Shown here in pieces: positions 38,657-41,666 of a DNA stretch of 41,666 nucleotides. A program made the position numbers and the translations under genes. The stretch covers positions 1-41,666 of the forward strand of contig CAJMPC010000001.1 of the NCBI GenBank assembly GCA_905215245.1, given 5' to 3'. The DNA is from an uncultured bacterium (GTDB lineage Bacteria; Pseudomonadota; Gammaproteobacteria; Enterobacterales; Pasteurellaceae). The notes beneath the pieces were generated by a model that had not been told where the DNA came from, ran no database searches, and saw only the letters and a program-made list of their open reading frames with translations. How positions within the stretch are numbered: the first letter of the stretch is position 1; each line of letters opens with the position of its first letter.

Positions 38657-38737
38657 TGGTGGGCTAGGTAGAAATCCCGCAGGGATGCGATGCAGTAAGC
38701 CACTTGCTGTTAAGACCAATTCTGCTTAGTTCCACCA
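38657..38737 (+). ncRNA. C4/CI-like antisense RNA (81-nt cloverleaf)
   Basis: Manual fold gives a 17-bp outer stem TGGTGGGCTAGGTAGAA / TTCTGCTTAGT(T)CCACCA with G-U pairs and a 1-nt bulge, plus hairpins ATCCC-gca-GGGAT and GCAGTAA-gccac-TTGCTGT. The exposed regions are complementary to two upstream sites, and the RNA ends in CCACCA. Confidence 0.72.
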
Positions 38738-38834
38738 CCCTTCAAAACAATCTTCAATTTTCAAACTTTATTTAACTCACTTCAAACGAGAAATTCTCAG
38801 CTAAAGTGCGGTCATTTTTTACTTTATTTTTGGC

Positions 38835-38868
38835 AAAAAAATACCGACCCATTTCGGAGTCGGTATTT
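38835..38868 (-). terminator. Terminator of nagE (possibly bidirectional)
   Basis: A-run then AAATACCGAC...GTCGGTATTT. Confidence 0.8.
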
Positions 38869-38879
38869 CATTTGGTGTG

Positions 38880-40346
38880 TTATTTCACTTTTTGTTTCAT
38901 GGCTTCTGCCACAAGTTCAGCTTCAGGGCCGAGAACCACTTGTAAGCCATCGTTACCAATTTTCACGATACCTTTTGCACCAAGAGACTTGAGCTGTTCT
39001 TCATTGATTTTGTGTTGATCCACTAAGCTTAAACGTAAGCGAGTGATACAAGCATCAATATTTTTGAAGTTATCAGCACCACCTAAAGCATCAATAAATT
39101 TGACCGCTCTTTCTTCACGAGATTGGCTCGCTGATGGTTGTGCTGCAGTCGTTTCTTCCGTTTCTTCTGTGCGACCTAATGTTTTTAAGTTGAACGCTTT
39201 AATTGCAAAACGGAATACTGCATAGTAAATCACGAAGAATACTAAGCCTTGTACGATTAGCATATACCATTCAACGGCTAATGGGTTGCGTGATGAAAGC
39301 ACCATATCCACGAGACCCGCACTGAAACCGAAGCCTGCGATCCAATGCATTGTTGCGGCGATGAAGACGGAAATACCGGTCAATATCGCGTGGATGAAGT
39401 AAAGCACTGGTGCAACAAACATGAAAGAGAATTCTAATGGCTCGGTGATACCAGTGAAGAATGAGGCGAACGCACCAGCAAGCATGATTGATGCCACTTT
39501 AGTTCTTTGACTTGGTTTAGCGCTGAGATAAATCGCTAATGCGGCACCTGGTAAACCGAACATCATGACAGGGAAGAAACCGGCTTGGTACATACCCGTT
39601 ACACCAACCGTTGCAGTGCCTTCAGCAAGTGATTTCGCACCACCTAAGAAGTTTGGAATGTCATTGATGCCCGCTACGTCAAACCAGAATACAGAGTTCA
39701 ATGCATGGTGTAAGCCAACAGGAATGAGTAAACGGTTGAAGAAACCGTAAAGACCTGCACCAACAGCGCCTAAGTCTTTAATGCTTTCACCAAATGACAC
39801 TAAACCGCCGAAAATATATGGCCAGATATAGAGCAATACGAAGCTGAGAAGCATCATGACAAAAGACACAACAATCGGCACGAGACGTTTTCCGCTAAAG
39901 AAGGAGAGTGCTTTAGGCAACTCCACTTGATAGAAGCGGTTATAAAGTTCAGCCGAAATCACCCCGATCAAAATCCCAATAAATTGGTTATTGATTTTCC
40001 CGAAAGCGGCGGGCACTTCACTTACATCGATATGTTGTAACTGAGCAACACTACCAGGTGAAAGTAGAGTTGTTACCACATAGTAACCCACTAAACCTGA
40101 AAGTGCAGCAGAACCATGTTTGTCCTTAGATAAACCGAAAGCAACGCCAACGGCAAAAAGCAGGCCCATGTTATCGATGATAGCACCGCCCGATTTAATT
40201 AAAAATGCAGCAAGTTGACTGTTAGCTCCCCAGCCATCTGGGTCAAGCCAATAACCAATACCCATCAGTACAGCCGCTGCTGGTAAGACAGCAACAGGTA
40301 CCATTAAGGCTTGCCCAATTTTTTGCGCATAACCTAACACATTCAT
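38880..40346 (-). CDS. nagE: PTS N-acetylglucosamine-type transporter, EIICB (no EIIA domain)
   Basis: QKIGQALMVPVAVLPAAA, GLHHALNSVFWFDVAGINDI, TGITEPLEFSF and the EIIB phosphorylation motif DACITRLR. Confidence 0.9.
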   Translation of the reverse strand: MNVLGYAQKIGQALMVPVAVLPAAAVLMGIGYWLDPDGWGANSQLAAFLIKSGGAIIDNMGLLFAVGVAFGLSKDKHGSAALSGLVGYYVVTTLLSPGSVAQLQHIDVSEVPAAFGKINNQFIGILIGVISAELYNRFYQVELPKALSFFSGKRLVPIVVSFVMMLLSFVLLYIWPYIFGGLVSFGESIKDLGAVGAGLYGFFNRLLIPVGLHHALNSVFWFDVAGINDIPNFLGGAKSLAEGTATVGVTGMYQAGFFPVMMFGLPGAALAIYLSAKPSQRTKVASIMLAGAFASFFTGITEPLEFSFMFVAPVLYFIHAILTGISVFIAATMHWIAGFGFSAGLVDMVLSSRNPLAVEWYMLIVQGLVFFVIYYAVFRFAIKAFNLKTLGRTEETEETTAAQPSASQSREERAVKFIDALGGADNFKNIDACITRLRLSLVDQHKINEEQLKSLGAKGIVKIGNDGLQVVLGPEAELVAEAMKQKVK

Positions 40347-40368
40347 TTTTTTCTCCTATTTATAAGTA

Positions 40369-40475
40369 ATGAAGTATTACTTCATATTCTAAAGTAAAAA
40401 AAAATATTTTGTACAAATGTGGTAACTTTATCTCAAAATTGAGAAGCCGATCACAATTTTTGAAATTGTACTTCA
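40369..40475. promoter_or_regulatory. Two palindromic operators (SiaR/RpiR-type candidates) flanking a CRP site in the nagE-nanE divergent region
   Basis: ATGAAGTA-T-TACTTCAT (40369-40385) and TGAAATTGTACTTCA (40461-40475); CRP site TGAGA-AGCCGA-TCACA (40440-40455). Confidence 0.7.
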
Positions 40476-40574
40476 AAAAATATTTTTTTATGGTGCAAGT
40501 TTTACTGCGTTTTACTATAATGGACAAAAAGCCAAAAAGGAAACCAAGTGTTACTGTCTAATGTAGGAGTTTAT

Positions 40575-41264
40575 ATGTCGAAATTATCACATAATGAAGT
40601 CTTAGATAAAATCAAATTTGGTCTGATTGCTTCTTGTCAGCCTGTTGATGACGGCCCGATGGATAAACCAGAAATTGTGGCGGCGATGGCACAGGCTTCT
40701 GTTATTGGTGGCGCAGCGGGATTGCGCATTGAGGGCGTAGAAAATCTCAAAGCAACACGCCCTACCGTGAATGTACCGATTATTGGTATTGTGAAACGTG
40801 ATTTACCTGACAGCCCTGTACGAATTACCCCGTTTTTGCATGATATTGAAGATTTAGCGAAAGCCGGTGCAGATATTATTGCCGTGGATGGGACAAATCG
40901 TCCTAGACCGGTAGATATTGAAAGTGCGGTCAAAAAAATCCACGAATTAGGCTGTTTAGCCATGGCTGATTGTTCGAATTTAGAAGAAGGCTTGTACTGT
41001 CAAAAACTCGGTTTTGATATTGTGGGCAGTACGATGTCTGGCTACACAGGTGGCACGGTGCCGGAAGAACCTGATTATCAATTAGTTAAAGATTTGAAAG
41101 CTGCAGGCTGCCGAGTCATGGCGGAAGGACGTTATAACACCCCTGAGTTGGCGAAAACTGCCATTGAAATTGGTGCTTATTGCGTGACAGTTGGTTCTGC
41201 ATTAACGCGTTTAGAGCATATTGTAAGCTGGTTTGCTAAAGCCATTCATTCAGCAAAAAAATAA
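40575..41264 (+). CDS. nanE: N-acetylmannosamine-6-phosphate 2-epimerase
   Basis: [23 protein letters not shown]...[13 protein letters not shown] and VGSALTR; start ATG 40575 after RBS AGGAG. Confidence 0.96.
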   Translation: MSKLSHNEVLDKIKFGLIASCQPVDDGPMDKPEIVAAMAQASVIGGAAGLRIEGVENLKATRPTVNVPIIGIVKRDLPDSPVRITPFLHDIEDLAKAGADIIAVDGTNRPRPVDIESAVKKIHELGCLAMADCSNLEEGLYCQKLGFDIVGSTMSGYTGGTVPEEPDYQLVKDLKAAGCRVMAEGRYNTPELAKTAIEIGAYCVTVGSALTRLEHIVSWFAKAIHSAKK

Positions 41265-41275
41265 AGGAAGAAGAC

Positions 41276-41666
41276 ATGTCATTAACAGTGGATAGTGGTC
41301 AGACATTACAGCGTTGTTTGGCATTAGATATTGGTGGCACGAAAATTGCTTCTGCTATTGTGAAAAATGGCGAAATTGAGCAGCGAAAACAGATTTCCAC
41401 GCCACAAGATGATGCCGCGCAAGCCATGCATCAAACTCTTGCTCAGTTGCTAAAAGAATATGAAGGACAGTTTGATTATGTTGCCGTTGCTTCAACGGGC
41501 ATTATTAATCAAGGCATTCTGACTGCACTTAACCCTAAAAATTTGGGTGGATTAGCCCAATTTCCGCTAAAAGACAGCATTGCACAGCATACTGATAAAC
41601 CGATTGGGTTGCTTAATGACGTGCAAGCTGCAGCCTATGCTGAGTATCAATTACAAAACCCTAATG
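41276..41666 (+). CDS. nanK: N-acetylmannosamine kinase, ROK family (runs off the window)
   Basis: Not in the ORF track. Manual translation: [34 protein letters not shown]...VAVASTGII...[10 protein letters not shown]...LLNDVQAAA; follows nanE. Confidence 0.93.
   Translation, partial: MSLTVDSGQTLQRCLALDIGGTKIASAIVKNGEIEQRKQISTPQDDAAQAMHQTLAQLLKEYEGQFDYVAVASTGIINQGILTALNPKNLGGLAQFPLKDSIAQHTDKPIGLLNDVQAAAYAEYQLQNPN

Larger units (their letters stand above)
1317..40930. repeat. Dispersed Haemophilus-type DNA uptake signal sequences (AAGTGCGGT / ACCGCACTT)
   Basis: About 28 perfect copies found by eye, starting at 1317, 4608, 6146, 10787, 11041, 11255, 11789, 13946, 14428, 16092, 17588, 18792, 19141, 19563, 21006, 21664, 22104, 24512, 24538, 26319, 28672, 31866, 33022, 34880, 35849, 36293, 38804 and 40922. 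Confidence 0.95.

Noticed and set aside
38657..38737. Possible tRNA gene (cloverleaf ending in CCA)
   Set aside because: No T-loop GTTCRA, no D-loop and no 7-nt anticodon loop; the 17-bp outer stem is too long for a tRNA.
38806..39018. 70-aa plus-strand ORF as the gene regulated by the C4-like RNA
   Set aside because: It starts at a GTG inside a USS, has no RBS, crosses a terminator and is antisense to nagE.
40396..40404. A9 homopolymer in the nagE-nanE intergenic region as a phase-variation tract
   Set aside because: Short A-runs are common in this AT-rich DNA and nothing in the sequence shows variability.
1..41666. CRISPR array, transposase, integrase or prophage genes
   Set aside because: No regularly spaced repeats or mobile-element proteins were seen; the recurrent 9-mer is the dispersed USS.

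Overview
A 41.7-kb chromosomal window from a Pasteurellaceae bacterium, most likely Haemophilus (H. parainfluenzae-like). This is inferred from the AT-rich sequence, about 28 perfect AAGTGCGGT uptake signal sequences counted by eye, and the gene order. Most of it is core genome: ung(partial)-grcA, lepA-lepB-rnc-era, alaA, menF-menD-menH, an MFS transporter, a complete nrfABCD-nrfE-dsbE-nrfF/G nitrite reductase locus with FNR and NarP sites, mutM-rpmG-rpmB-radC, coaBC-dut-slmA-yheU-crp, and nagE divergent from nanE-nanK(partial). Accessory-looking pieces are two convergent AT-rich lipoprotein genes between grcA and lepA (one resembles adhesin Protein E), a three-gene alternative phospholipid cassette after era, a single-barrel MetE-like enzyme and a 1741-aa trimeric autotransporter adhesin. 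The most striking unannotated element lies in the ORF-free gap after crp (38498-38737). It has a near-consensus sigma70 promoter, two target sites, an attenuator-like hairpin and an 81-nt cloverleaf RNA whose two single-stranded regions are complementary to those targets. This is the architecture of phage C4/CI antisense immunity RNAs, but here it is an orphan with no phage genes around it. All calls come from reading the sequence and recalling protein families; no searches were run.
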